This document shows positions 10,256 through 20,487 of a stretch of 64,000 nt of DNA, in pieces. This DNA comes from Flavobacteriia bacterium. GTDB lineage: Bacteria; Bacteroidota; Bacteroidia; Flavobacteriales; Weeksellaceae. Location of the stretch: NCBI GenBank assembly GCA_019455045.1, contig JACFND010000001.1:22023-86022 (forward strand). Direction: 5' to 3'. Position 1 is the first letter of the stretch, and every line of letters begins with the position of its first letter. Under the pieces are notes generated by a model. That model was not told the origin of the DNA and made no database searches. It saw only the letters and a list, made by a program, of their open reading frames with translations. A program made the translations under genes and the position numbers.

Positions 10256-12136
10256 TTATAATATTCCAAAAAAGAAAACTCCAATTCCCGCTACGATTCC
10301 CAGTATCATCAGCAATATGTAAGTGCCGATATTTCCTGTCTGAATCGATTTTGTCTGTTTTGAGATAAACACAGACAGACTGCCCACACCGAATACGATC
10401 TGTGCAATCCCTGCTTTCTCAACATATTTTCTTAAAAAGGTACCCAGATTCTCGGTCGGCGTAATGACAGCCGCCTGATAGATTTCATCCACATACCATT
10501 TGTTTTTAAATAATTTCATAATACCCGAAGCTTCACCGTCGGTTTTGCCGTTGTACATTTTGTAGGTCAGCGCAATTGCACCGATTACAAATGCAAGCAA
10601 TGCGACCATCAGAATGATTTCGACCGAAGCCGAAACTGAATGTTCACCTTCATGAACACCGGTCACACCTGCCAGGAAATTGTTCAGTTTGTGTCCGTTG
10701 GCAGCAAAAACCGCAGGAATTCCGATGAATCCGCCGATAAATGACAATACGGCAAGTATCATCATCGGCACGGTCATGCTCGAAGGACTTTCATGCGGAT
10801 GAACTTCTTTGTTTCTCAGTTCGCCGTGGAAAGTCATAAAATACCATCTGAACATATAGAATGCAGTCAGTACCGAAACGATGAATCCGATGATCCAGAC
10901 TGCTTTGCTTCCGATAAACATATTGAGCAGCATTTCGTCTTTTGAGAAGAAACCGCTCAACGGAGGAATACCCGCAATCGCCAGACAGGCAATCAGCATG
11001 GTGATATTTGTTTTGGGCATCAGTTTTCTCAAACCGCCCATTTTGTTCATGTCCTGTTCGCCGCCCATTGCGTGGATGACAGAACCGGATCCCATAAACA
11101 GCAGTGCTTTGAAGAATGCGTGTGTGAGCACATGGAAAACCGCTGCGACATAAGCACCCATTCCGATGGCTGCGAACATCAGTCCCAATTGGGAAACGGT
11201 GGAGTAGGCGAGCACTTTTTTGATATCGTCCTGACGCATTGCGATGGTGGCTGTAATCAGTGCTGTGATGATACCGATCCATGCGACGATTCCTTTTGTA
11301 AACGGAACCATGTCAAACAGTTCATTGCATCTGGTCAGCATAAAGATACCTGCGGTCACCATGGTGGCAGCGTGGATCAACGCAGACACCGGAGTCGGTC
11401 CGGCCATCGCATCGGGCAGCCAGGTGAAGAGTGGAATCTGAGCAGATTTACCGGTTGCCGCCAAAAAGAGCAGCAGCGTGATTCCGATCAGCGCGCCTTC
11501 AGCCACATTTGCTGTGGTGAGCATGCTGAATACTTCTCTGTATTCGAGTGTGCCGAATTCTTTATAAATCCAAAACATTGCAATCAGAAAACCGATATCA
11601 CCGATACGGTTCATGATAAATGCTTTTCTTGCCGCAATTGTAAAATCCCAGTTGTGATACCAGAATCCGATCAGCAGATAGGAACAGAGTCCCACACCTT
11701 CCCAGCCGATGTACATCATCAGGAAGTTGCTGCCCATCACCAGAATCAGCATTGAAAAAATAAATAAATTAAAGAATGAAAAGAATTTTCCGAATCCTTC
11801 GTCTTCATTCATATAACCGACCGCATACACATGGATCAGAAATCCGACGCCTGTGATGATCAGCATAAAGAGGCTGGTCAGGGCATCGATCTGAAATGCA
11901 AACGGGATTTGTATGTTTTCGAAATTAAATATATCAAAGAAATGAAAGATTTGAGGTGCCGCGTCAGGTCCCGATGGAACTGCAAAAAACACCATCACCG
12001 ATAGGATAAAGCTGACGAATACCACACCCGGACCCAAAATTGAAATCAGGCTTTTGGGCAGTATATGTCTTCCCAGGCCGTTGATAACGAATCCGATGAA
12101 TGGTAAAAGCGGTATGAGCCAAATATAATTCTCCAT
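10256..12136 (-). CDS. nuoL: NADH-quinone oxidoreductase subunit L
   Basis: GWEGVGLCSYLLIGFW, GKSAQIPLFTWLPDAMAGPTPVSALIHAATMV. Confidence 0.97.
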   Translation of the reverse strand: MENYIWLIPLLPFIGFVINGLGRHILPKSLISILGPGVVFVSFILSVMVFFAVPSGPDAAPQIFHFFDIFNFENIQIPFAFQIDALTSLFMLIITGVGFLIHVYAVGYMNEDEGFGKFFSFFNLFIFSMLILVMGSNFLMMYIGWEGVGLCSYLLIGFWYHNWDFTIAARKAFIMNRIGDIGFLIAMFWIYKEFGTLEYREVFSMLTTANVAEGALIGITLLLFLAATGKSAQIPLFTWLPDAMAGPTPVSALIHAATMVTAGIFMLTRCNELFDMVPFTKGIVAWIGIITALITATIAMRQDDIKKVLAYSTVSQLGLMFAAIGMGAYVAAVFHVLTHAFFKALLFMGSGSVIHAMGGEQDMNKMGGLRKLMPKTNITMLIACLAIAGIPPLSGFFSKDEMLLNMFIGSKAVWIIGFIVSVLTAFYMFRWYFMTFHGELRNKEVHPHESPSSMTVPMMILAVLSFIGGFIGIPAVFAANGHKLNNFLAGVTGVHEGEHSVSASVEIILMVALLAFVIGAIALTYKMYNGKTDGEASGIMKLFKNKWYVDEIYQAAVITPTENLGTFLRKYVEKAGIAQIVFGVGSLSVFISKQTKSIQTGNIGTYILLMILGIVAGIGVFFFGIL

Positions 12137-12140
12137 AAAT

Positions 12141-12467
12141 CTAATGCTTTAAACGGTTTAGGAATTGAACATCGGTTTTGTAGGTCTTTCTGTAGAACAG
12201 TATCATGATCGACAATCCGACAGCTACTTCGGCTGCAGCAACGACCATGATGAAGAGCACCAGCATCTGTCCGTCGATTCCCGCTTCGGTACCGGGATTT
12301 TTGGCATAATGCATTTTTGAAAATGCAACCAAAAGCAGATTGACAGAGTTGAGCATCAATTCTATACACATCAGCATGATGACGATATTTCTGCGTATGA
12401 TCACACCCGCCATCCCGATTGAGAAGAGGGTCAGTGACAGAAATAAATAGTAACTAATCGGTATCAT
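12141..12467 (-). CDS. nuoK: NADH-quinone oxidoreductase subunit K
   Basis: RRNIVIMLMCIELMLNSVN, AAAEVAVGL. Confidence 0.95.
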   Translation of the reverse strand: MIPISYYLFLSLTLFSIGMAGVIIRRNIVIMLMCIELMLNSVNLLLVAFSKMHYAKNPGTEAGIDGQMLVLFIMVVAAAEVAVGLSIMILFYRKTYKTDVQFLNRLKH

Positions 12468-12501
12468 TCTTTTATCTTCAAATTTTTTAATTCGTAATCA
12501 A

Positions 12502-13047
12502 TCATTTTGCTTCCGCCTTTCTTTCCTTTTTTGTCTTTCTTTCCTTTTTTGTTTTTCTGGACAGCATCACAGCTCCGATCATCGAACCCATAAACAGTAT
12601 GCTCGCCAGTTCAAACGGAATTACATAATCCGAATAAAGAACGGTTCCCAGCTTTTCGGTCAGACCGATGTCTCCTCCGGCTGTGAGCAGCTGATTGGCT
12701 TCAACATCAGACTGCATAAATATTCTGACGGTCAGCAGCAGAAATACGGCTGAGATCAGTGATGCGGCTGTGATCACAAAAGTTTTGCTGAAGTTCCTGT
12801 CTTCCTTGTTGAGATTCATAATCATCACCACAAACAGGAACAGTACCATGATGGCGCCTGCATAAACGATGATGTTGATGATTGCAAGGAATTGGGCGTT
12901 CAGCAGCACATAGTGACCGCTGATGCTGAAAAATGTGATGATCAGATAAAGTATGGAATGAATCGGATTTTTTGACGCCACGGTCAGCAATCCGCTCAGA
13001 ACAGTCAAAGCTGCCAGTATGAAAAACAAAATTTCGGCTGTACTCAT
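12502..13047 (-). CDS. nuoJ: NADH-quinone oxidoreductase subunit J
   Basis: KNPIHSILYL, IVYAGAIMVLFLFVVM, PFELAS. Confidence 0.95.
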   Translation of the reverse strand: MSTAEILFFILAALTVLSGLLTVASKNPIHSILYLIITFFSISGHYVLLNAQFLAIINIIVYAGAIMVLFLFVVMIMNLNKEDRNFSKTFVITAASLISAVFLLLTVRIFMQSDVEANQLLTAGGDIGLTEKLGTVLYSDYVIPFELASILFMGSMIGAVMLSRKTKKERKTKKERKAEAK

Positions 13048-13562
13048 GCTTCAGTCTCTTTGGTTTCTTTTTTTGGAAAAGGAATCAGCAGATCCTCTTT
13101 TGTATAGATAAAATTCTTTCTCTTGTAACTTGCCGGAACCACTGACTGGCTCAGATAAAGCGCATCTTTCGGGCAGGCTTCTTCACAAAGTCCGCAGAAA
13201 ATGCATCTCAGCATATTGATTTCATATTTGGTCGCGTATTTTTCTTCGCGGTACAAATGTTCTTCGCCCGGCAGTCTTTCGCCGGCTTCCATAGTGATTG
13301 CTTCTGCCGGACAGGCGAGTGCACACAGTCCGCAGGCGGTACAGTTTTCACGTCCTTCCTCGTCGCGGTTCAGTACATGCATTCCTCTGTAATTTTCACT
13401 GAACTGACGTTCGGTTTCCGGATAACGGATGGTCACCTTCTTTTTAAAGAAGTGTTTTATGGTAATCCACATTCCGATAAATATATTGACCAGATATAAT
13501 TTCTCCCAGAAAGTCATTGGCTTTCTGTTGACCGGTTGTGCTTTATCTGTTAGAAATTCCAT
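13044..13562 (-). CDS. nuoI: NADH-quinone oxidoreductase subunit I
   Basis: Two ferredoxin motifs CTACGLCALACP and CIFCGLCEEACP. Confidence 0.96.
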   Translation of the reverse strand: MEFLTDKAQPVNRKPMTFWEKLYLVNIFIGMWITIKHFFKKKVTIRYPETERQFSENYRGMHVLNRDEEGRENCTACGLCALACPAEAITMEAGERLPGEEHLYREEKYATKYEINMLRCIFCGLCEEACPKDALYLSQSVVPASYKRKNFIYTKEDLLIPFPKKETKETEA

Positions 13563-13568
13563 TTTGTT

Positions 13569-14618
13569 TTAATTAAAAAAATAAAGTATTACAAATCCTG
13601 TAATTAACAAGTTGACCAGGGCCAACGGCAGTAATCTTTTCCATCCGAGATCCATCAGCTGATCGTATCTGAATCTCGGGATGGTCCATCTCACCCACAT
13701 AAATAAAAATATAAAGAAACAGGTCTTGATAAACAACACGATGAAGTGTATGATCGACATCGCATTCATTCCAAGACTTTCAGTCAAATTTGCGTCGTTT
13801 ACAAACGGTATGTCATAACCGCCAAAAAACAGTGTGGACAGAATAACCGAAGTAATGAACACATTCACATATTCTGCAAACAGGAAAAATCCGAGTTTCA
13901 TTGAAGAATATTCGGAGTGATAACCGCCAATCAGTTCGTTTTCGGCTTCGGGCAGGTCAAAAGGTGTTCTGTTGGTTTCGGCAAAACAGCAGACCAGAAA
14001 AATAATAAATCCAAGCGGCTGCAATACCACATTCCAATAACTGTCCATCTGTTCGGCCACGATCACATCGAGTTTGAGCGAACCGCTGATCATAAACACT
14101 GCAATCAGTGTGATGCCGAGCGGGATTTCATACGAAATGATCTGAGAAGCCGCACGGACACCGCCCATCAGCGACCATTTGTTGTTGGAAGCCCATGAAC
14201 CGATCATCATACCGTAAACACCCAAACTCAATACACCCAAAATATACAGATAGCCGATATTGACATCTGCAATCAGCGGATTGATCACCGAATCGCCCCA
14301 GCTGAATTCCGAACTCCACGGAATGACAGCGCCGGTCATCAGCGCAAGCGTCATCGCAAGGGTAGGACCGAGTATAAACAGAAATTTTTCTGAATGTGCG
14401 GGTGTAATCTCTTCTTTGAAAAAGAGTTTACCGCCGTCTGCCAACGGCTGAAGCAATCCGCCCCAACCGGCTCTGTCCGGCCCTCGTCTGTCCTGAATAT
14501 AACCTGCGACTTTACGTTCAGCCCAGGTAGAATACATAGCGACAACAAGCGCCAGTACGACAAGCACACCGCTGAGCGCCAATTTTTCCATTACTTCACT
14601 GTACAAATCCGGGTTCAT
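13569..14618 (-). CDS. nuoH: NADH-quinone oxidoreductase subunit H
   Basis: WAERKVAGYIQDRRGP, QPLADGGKL, ETNRTPFDLPEAE, RFRYDQLM. Confidence 0.97.
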   Translation of the reverse strand: MNPDLYSEVMEKLALSGVLVVLALVVAMYSTWAERKVAGYIQDRRGPDRAGWGGLLQPLADGGKLFFKEEITPAHSEKFLFILGPTLAMTLALMTGAVIPWSSEFSWGDSVINPLIADVNIGYLYILGVLSLGVYGMMIGSWASNNKWSLMGGVRAASQIISYEIPLGITLIAVFMISGSLKLDVIVAEQMDSYWNVVLQPLGFIIFLVCCFAETNRTPFDLPEAENELIGGYHSEYSSMKLGFFLFAEYVNVFITSVILSTLFFGGYDIPFVNDANLTESLGMNAMSIIHFIVLFIKTCFFIFLFMWVRWTIPRFRYDQLMDLGWKRLLPLALVNLLITGFVILYFFN

Positions 14619-14621
14619 ATA

Positions 14622-15791
14622 TTATGGTGTTCGTTTTTTGGGATCTTTTCCTCTGATGTCTGTTAATTCTTTTCCTTCTGTCGATTTTTTCGGGTTCTCA
14701 TCCAGATAATCTTTGGATGTCGCCGGACCGTATATCTGACTGATGTCTTTGTCGGTTCGGTTCACATCGCTCTGATCGTGGATGTCGAATGTGAATTTCG
14801 GTTCCCACTTCATCACTTCGGGCAAAACATTTTTTGGTTTCGCCGTTCTTCTGTTTCCTGAAGCGTGATTGTTGCTGATTACAGAACCCTGATAAACTCT
14901 TGACGGACCTTCGATCACCCAATCGGATGTTTTCTTTTTGTCGAAACGGCAGGTGTTGCAGATCCAGTCTTCAGCTTCCCACCATTCATTTCTTCGGGTG
15001 GTCACTCTGAACACTTCGTCTCCTCTGTACCACAGTCTTACTTTTCCTTTGCAGGTCGGGCAGTCTCTGTGTGCATCCACCGGTTTCAGAAACCATACAC
15101 GGTTTTTGAATCTGAAGGTTTTGTCGGTCAGTGCACCCACCGGACAAACGTCGATTACGTTTCCGATAAATTCACTGTCCAATGCTTTTTCAATATAAGT
15201 TGCAATCTCAGATTTGTCACCTCTGTACAATACACCGTGCTGTCTCGGTTCGGTCAGCTGTTCTGCCAGCTTCACACAACGGTAACACATGATGCAGCGG
15301 TTCATGTGCAGCTGTATCTGATCGCCTATGTCGATTCTTTCAAAAGTTCTTTTTCTGAAATCTAATCTTGATTCGTCCTGACCGTGTTCATAGCTCAAAT
15401 CCTGCAGTTTGCATTCTCCTGCCTGGTCACAGACCGGACAGTCGAGCGGGTGATTGATCAGTAAGAATTCTACCACACCCTCACGTGCATCGAGTACACG
15501 CTGTGATGTTTTGTTGCCAACGACCATTCCGTCCTGAACGGTTGTTTTGCATGATGCCATCAGTTTGGGCATCGGTCTCGGATCTTTTTCACTTCCCTGG
15601 GTGACTTCAACCAGACAGGTGCGGCAGTATCCGCCGGTATTTTCGAGTGGTTCATAGTAACACATGGTAGGCGGTGCCACATGCCTTCCGATTTTTCGGG
15701 CAGCCTGCAGTATGGTGGTGCCTTCCGGAACCTCTATGGTTTCGCCGTCAACGGTTACTCTGCACATTTTAATTTCTTTCTCTTCAGCCAT
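14622..15791 (-). CDS. nuoG: NADH-quinone oxidoreductase subunit G, short form (Fe-S domains only)
   Basis: CRTCLVE, NHPLDCPVCDQAGEC, CIMCYRC, CPVGAL; 389 aa with no large C-terminal domain. Confidence 0.88.
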   Translation of the reverse strand: MAEEKEIKMCRVTVDGETIEVPEGTTILQAARKIGRHVAPPTMCYYEPLENTGGYCRTCLVEVTQGSEKDPRPMPKLMASCKTTVQDGMVVGNKTSQRVLDAREGVVEFLLINHPLDCPVCDQAGECKLQDLSYEHGQDESRLDFRKRTFERIDIGDQIQLHMNRCIMCYRCVKLAEQLTEPRQHGVLYRGDKSEIATYIEKALDSEFIGNVIDVCPVGALTDKTFRFKNRVWFLKPVDAHRDCPTCKGKVRLWYRGDEVFRVTTRRNEWWEAEDWICNTCRFDKKKTSDWVIEGPSRVYQGSVISNNHASGNRRTAKPKNVLPEVMKWEPKFTFDIHDQSDVNRTDKDISQIYGPATSKDYLDENPKKSTEGKELTDIRGKDPKKRTP

Positions 15792-15793
15792 GA

Positions 15794-17155
15794 TTATTCA
15801 GCTTCTTTGTTTAATTCAATCGGATCGGCATAATGAGCCAGTCCGTATCTCATATTCAGCGCAGCCTCACCATTGAGCACACGCCATTCAAATTCGTCCC
15901 TGAAATGTCTGATTACAGACGCAACCGGCCATGCGGCAGCATCTCCCAGCGGACAAATTGTGTTTCCTTCTATATTTCCCTGTACCCTCCAGAGCAGATC
16001 GATGTCAGACATCTTTCCGTGTCCCTCAGACATTCTCTTCAGGATTTTTTCAAGCCAATGGGTTCCTTCACGGCAGGGCGAACACTGACCGCAGCTTTCG
16101 TGTCTGTAAAATCTTGAAATGGTATAGGTGTGATATACGATGTCCTGATCTTCGTCCAAAACGATAAATCCGCCCGAACCCAGCATACTACCGGTTTGGA
16201 AACCGCCGTCAGACAGGCTTTCGTAATTCATATATCTCGGTTCTCCTTTTGCAGTTCTCAGCAGCAGATTGGCAGGCAGCATCGGAACAGAACTTCCGCC
16301 CGGAATACAGGCTTTCAGTCTTTTTCCATTTGCAATTCCTCCGCAGAAATCATCTGAATAGATAAATTCTTCAACCGTCTGTGTCATATCGATTTCATAA
16401 ACGCCCGGTTTGTTGATGTTTCCGCAGGCAGAAATCAGTTTGGTTCCGGTTGAACGGCCCACTCCGATTTTTGCATATTCGGCACCGCCCATATTGATGA
16501 TCGGCCCGACGGATGCAATCGATTCCACATTGTTGACCACAGTCGGTCTTTGCCAAAGTCCTTTTACAGCCGGGAATGGAGGTTTGATCCTCGGGTTTCC
16601 TCTTTTCCCTTCTATACTTTCGAGCAATGCGGTTTCCTCTCCGCAGATGTATGCACCCGCACCCGGATGAACATAAATCTCAAGATCGAATCCACTGTTT
16701 TTGATATTTTTTCCGAGCCAGCCGTTTGCTTTTGCTTCTGCAATCGCTTCTTCGAGGATGTCGATGATCCAACCGTATTCACCTCTGATGTATATGTATG
16801 AAACATTACTGCCGAGACAGTATGACGAAATAATGATTCCCTCAATCAGCAGGTGAGGAATGTGTTCCATCAGAAAACGGTCTTTAAAAGTTCCGGGTTC
16901 AGATTCATCCGCATTGACCACCAGGTGTCTTGGAACGCCTTCGGGTTTTGCAATAAAACTCCATTTCAGTCCGGTTGGGAATCCTGCACCTCCACGTCCT
17001 CTCAGTCCTGAAGTTTTGACTTCTTCCAGAACTTCATCGGTCGTCATGTTGAACGCTTTCTCAACCGCCTTATATCCGTCATGTTCCCTGTACACGTCGT
17101 ATTTGCGTATACCGGGCACATTTCTGTGTTTTAATAATAATAGTGTCTCTCCCAT
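15794..17155 (-). CDS. nuoF: NADH-quinone oxidoreductase subunit F
   Basis: GLRGRGGAGFPTG, ADESEPG, GAGAYICGEETAL, CGQCSPCREG...C. Confidence 0.97.
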   Translation of the reverse strand: MGETLLLLKHRNVPGIRKYDVYREHDGYKAVEKAFNMTTDEVLEEVKTSGLRGRGGAGFPTGLKWSFIAKPEGVPRHLVVNADESEPGTFKDRFLMEHIPHLLIEGIIISSYCLGSNVSYIYIRGEYGWIIDILEEAIAEAKANGWLGKNIKNSGFDLEIYVHPGAGAYICGEETALLESIEGKRGNPRIKPPFPAVKGLWQRPTVVNNVESIASVGPIINMGGAEYAKIGVGRSTGTKLISACGNINKPGVYEIDMTQTVEEFIYSDDFCGGIANGKRLKACIPGGSSVPMLPANLLLRTAKGEPRYMNYESLSDGGFQTGSMLGSGGFIVLDEDQDIVYHTYTISRFYRHESCGQCSPCREGTHWLEKILKRMSEGHGKMSDIDLLWRVQGNIEGNTICPLGDAAAWPVASVIRHFRDEFEWRVLNGEAALNMRYGLAHYADPIELNKEAE

Positions 17156-17670
17156 TACGCCTGATTTCTTAATTCTTCAATTAATTCATCCACTTTTTCA
17201 ACCGTCAGATGTTCTTTGTAATTTTTACCGAGCATCATCATCGGCGCATAACCGCAGGCACCCAGACATTCTGAAGGTTTGAGTGTAAACAGTCCGTCTG
17301 CGGAAGTTTCACCCACCTCAATATTCAGTTTCTGTTTGATGTGGTTGATGATCTTGTCTGAACCGCAAACCATACAGGGTCCGGTCTGACAGACTTCCAG
17401 TACATATTTTCCGACCGGTTTCAGATTGAACATGGTATAGAAAGTAGCCACTTCATAAACCTCAATCGGATTGAGATTCAGAATTTCAGCCACATGATCC
17501 AATACAGGAACATCCATCCAGCCTCCTGATTCGGCCTGAGCGATATGCAGAGCAGGAATCAGCGCACTCTTTTGTTTTCCTTCCGGATAACGGGTGATGA
17601 TTTCCTGAATCTTTTTGTATGCTTCTTCTGAAAATTTAACTTCAGCCATTTTATTTGTTTTTATAATCAT
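17155..17670 (-). CDS. nuoE: NADH-quinone oxidoreductase subunit E
   Basis: EVATFYTMF, CQTGPC...CLGAC 2Fe-2S ligands. Confidence 0.95.
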   Translation of the reverse strand: MIIKTNKMAEVKFSEEAYKKIQEIITRYPEGKQKSALIPALHIAQAESGGWMDVPVLDHVAEILNLNPIEVYEVATFYTMFNLKPVGKYVLEVCQTGPCMVCGSDKIINHIKQKLNIEVGETSADGLFTLKPSECLGACGYAPMMMLGKNYKEHLTVEKVDELIEELRNQA

Positions 17671-17714
17671 CGATTCAAACCCGGGTCTGAATCCAATTCT
17701 TTCAATTCATTCAA

Positions 17715-18956
17715 TCAGGCGTCCATTTCGCCTGCAATCATATTCATACTGCTCATCGTAAGGATCGCATCACTGATCAGCGAACCGACAATGATTTCGG
17801 GATAAGCCTGATAATAGATAAAACAGGGTCTTCTGAAATGAAGTCTGTAGGCAGCACGTCCGCCGTCGCTTACCAGATAATATCCGAGTTCTCCGTTTGC
17901 ACCTTCCACCGCGTGATAAACTTCTCCGACCGGCGGATCGATTTCACCATAGATGATTTTGAAGTGATAAATCATTTCTTCCATCTTGGTGTAAACTTTT
18001 TCTTTCAGCGGCAGATAATAATCGGGTACATCTGCATGATGCGGAATTGCTTCCTCTCCCTTCAGATCGTGAATCTTTTGAACCGCCTGTTTGATCAGCG
18101 AAAGGGACTGCCACATTTCCTGATTTCTCACCATATATCTGTCATAGATGTCGCCTGTTGTACCGACCGGAACTTTAAAATCAAATTCGTGGTATCGTGA
18201 ATATGGTTTTGCGGTTCTGATGTCATAATCCAAACCGGCAGCTCTCAGATTGGGTCCTGTAAATCCGTAATGAAGTGCTCTGTCCAGACTGATTCCGCCA
18301 ACACCCTGGGTTCTTTCCATAAAGATTCGGTTTCTGTCAAACAGACCTTCAAATTCTTTCAGGATTTTTGGATATTCAACCAGGAATTTATCGATTTTCT
18401 CCCAAGCGATCTGATTAAAATCTCTTTCAAAACCGCCGATCCTTCCAATATTGGTAGTCAGACGTCCACCTGAAATTTCTTCATAAATCTCATAAATCAA
18501 TTCTCTGTATTCCATCACATAGAGGAAACCGGTAAATGCACCCGCATCAACACCAATCACAGAATTACAAATCAGGTGATCAGAAATTCTTGCGAGTTCC
18601 ATGATGATGACACGCATATAGTCAACTCTTTTTGGCATTTCAACGCCAAGCAGTTTTTCGACCGTCATATGCCAACCCAGATTGTTGATCGGAGCCGAAC
18701 AGTAGTTCAGACGGTCGGTCAGCGGAGTCACCTGATAGAATGCTCTCTGTTCTGCAATCTTTTCAAATGCCCGGTGAATATATCCGACGGTTGCCTCTGC
18801 ACTCAGCACTCTTTCGCCGTCCATCTCGAGTATGTTCTGAAACACACCGTGGGTGGCAGGATGGGTAGGTCCCAGATTGAGCGTTCTCGATTGTTTTTCG
18901 AGTGACTCCTCAGGGAGTTCTATATTTTTTCTTTCTTTTTCTTTAATTTTTGCCAT
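17715..18956 (-). CDS. nuoD: NADH-quinone oxidoreductase subunit D (start moved to ATG 18956)
   Basis: LNLGPTHPATHG, GYIHRAFEK, DRLNY, terminal GEMDA; the track start overlaps nuoC. Confidence 0.95.
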   Translation of the reverse strand: MAKIKEKERKNIELPEESLEKQSRTLNLGPTHPATHGVFQNILEMDGERVLSAEATVGYIHRAFEKIAEQRAFYQVTPLTDRLNYCSAPINNLGWHMTVEKLLGVEMPKRVDYMRVIIMELARISDHLICNSVIGVDAGAFTGFLYVMEYRELIYEIYEEISGGRLTTNIGRIGGFERDFNQIAWEKIDKFLVEYPKILKEFEGLFDRNRIFMERTQGVGGISLDRALHYGFTGPNLRAAGLDYDIRTAKPYSRYHEFDFKVPVGTTGDIYDRYMVRNQEMWQSLSLIKQAVQKIHDLKGEEAIPHHADVPDYYLPLKEKVYTKMEEMIYHFKIIYGEIDPPVGEVYHAVEGANGELGYYLVSDGGRAAYRLHFRRPCFIYYQAYPEIIVGSLISDAILTMSSMNMIAGEMDA

Positions 18957-18969
18957 CTCAATCAACTGT

Positions 18970-19506
18970 TTAGATATTGAGTTTCCCCAGATTAAAATGA
19001 GAATCACCCCGACCGAACATATCGTCGTCCTTGTCTTTACGGGTCTGATCTTCGAGCGGATATTGTTTTCTCAACGGGAAATAATCCATTTCTTCGACAT
19101 TCATGATTCGGATTAGATTTGGGTGACCCACAAAGTTTACTCCGAAGAAATCATAACATTCTCTCTCCAGCCAGTTTGCACCGACAAAAAGAGAGGTCAG
19201 CGTATAGATATCCGGTTTTTCAATATCGAGTTTGAATTTTAACCGGAGATGCTTTTTTTTCAGCATATTGTAAACCAGATAGGTTACAACCAGCTCTTCG
19301 CCTTTGTTGTCCGGATAGTGGATTGCGGTCAGATCGGTCAGGAATTTGAATCCGAGTTCTTCGTCGTCATACAGATACTGAATGATTTTCAGATTCTGTT
19401 CTTTGTCGCCGTAAACCGCCATTATATCATAATTCTGCTCGTATCCGGTGATTGCTTCACCGAATTTCGAATGCAGTTTTTCCAAAATAAATTGATCTTC
19501 CAACAT
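18970..19506 (-). CDS. nuoC: NADH-quinone oxidoreductase subunit C (not fused to D)
   Basis: WLERECYDFFG...GHPNL...PLRKQYPL. Confidence 0.93.
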   Translation of the reverse strand: MLEDQFILEKLHSKFGEAITGYEQNYDIMAVYGDKEQNLKIIQYLYDDEELGFKFLTDLTAIHYPDNKGEELVVTYLVYNMLKKKHLRLKFKLDIEKPDIYTLTSLFVGANWLERECYDFFGVNFVGHPNLIRIMNVEEMDYFPLRKQYPLEDQTRKDKDDDMFGRGDSHFNLGKLNI

Positions 19507-19515
19507 AACCCCAAA

Positions 19516-20088
19516 TTATAAGATTCCGTAACTTCTCAACATTTCCTGATACTCGGGAGAATTTCTTCTTCTGATGTCTTCGTTTCCGACGAGTTCCTGA
19601 ACCTTCAGAATTCCGTCGAGTATCGCTTCGGGTCTTGGTGCGCACCCGGGAACATAAACATCCACCGGTACGATCTGATCAATTCCCTGAAGCACCGAGT
19701 AGGTATCGAAAATCCCGCCGCTGCTCGCACAGGCACCGACAGCCATCACCCATCTGGGTTCTGCCATCTGAAGATAAACCTGTTTCACAACCGGTCCCAT
19801 CTTTTTTGCAATGGTTCCCATCACCATCAGCAGATCACACTGTCTGGGTGTGAACGCAAGACGTTCGCTCCCGAATCTTGCCAAGTCATAATGGGCTGCC
19901 ATGGTTGCCATAAACTCGATACCGCAGCATGAAGTGGCAAACGGAAGCGGCCAGATCGAATTCTTTCTTGCCAGTCCGACCACCTTTGACAGCTGCATTG
20001 CGCCAAAGCCTTCGCCCTGATACATCTCGGGCATTTCAACTAATTTCACATTTGTGTTGTGAGTAACCGGTCTTTTATTGAAAATCAT
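19516..20088 (-). CDS. nuoB: NADH-quinone oxidoreductase subunit B
   Basis: TSCCGIE, GACASSGG, DVYVPGCAPRPE. Confidence 0.96.
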   Translation of the reverse strand: MIFNKRPVTHNTNVKLVEMPEMYQGEGFGAMQLSKVVGLARKNSIWPLPFATSCCGIEFMATMAAHYDLARFGSERLAFTPRQCDLLMVMGTIAKKMGPVVKQVYLQMAEPRWVMAVGACASSGGIFDTYSVLQGIDQIVPVDVYVPGCAPRPEAILDGILKVQELVGNEDIRRRNSPEYQEMLRSYGIL

Positions 20089-20121
20089 TTTTTGACTTTT
20101 AAAATTTTAAATCGGACGCGC

Positions 20122-20487
20122 TTATTTTTCCCAATCCAGCGCGCCTTTTTTTCTTACATAAAGATACATAATCAGGAACAGACCGACAAACAGGCTGACG
20201 GCTGCAAATCCTTCCCATCCCAACTCTTTGAAATTCACGGCATAGGGATAAAAGAATACAACTTCAACATCAAACAGCACAAACAGTATCGCTACCAGAT
20301 AATATTTGACGGCAAAAGGCTGTCTTGCATTTCCGTGCTGTTCGATCCCGCTTTCAAAGTTCTCAAGTTTGTCTTTGGTTTGTCTTTTTGGTCCGAGCAT
20401 GTGGGTGATAATGATGGTTCCGACCACAAACCCGGCTGCAAGAACAAATAGTATGAGGATTGGTAAATAATCAAAAGATGTGTCCAT
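20122..20487 (-). CDS. nuoA: NADH-quinone oxidoreductase subunit A
   Basis: FESGIE, AILFVLFDVEVVFFYP, KKGALDW. Confidence 0.96.
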   Translation of the reverse strand: MDTSFDYLPILILFVLAAGFVVGTIIITHMLGPKRQTKDKLENFESGIEQHGNARQPFAVKYYLVAILFVLFDVEVVFFYPYAVNFKELGWEGFAAVSLFVGLFLIMYLYVRKKGALDWEK

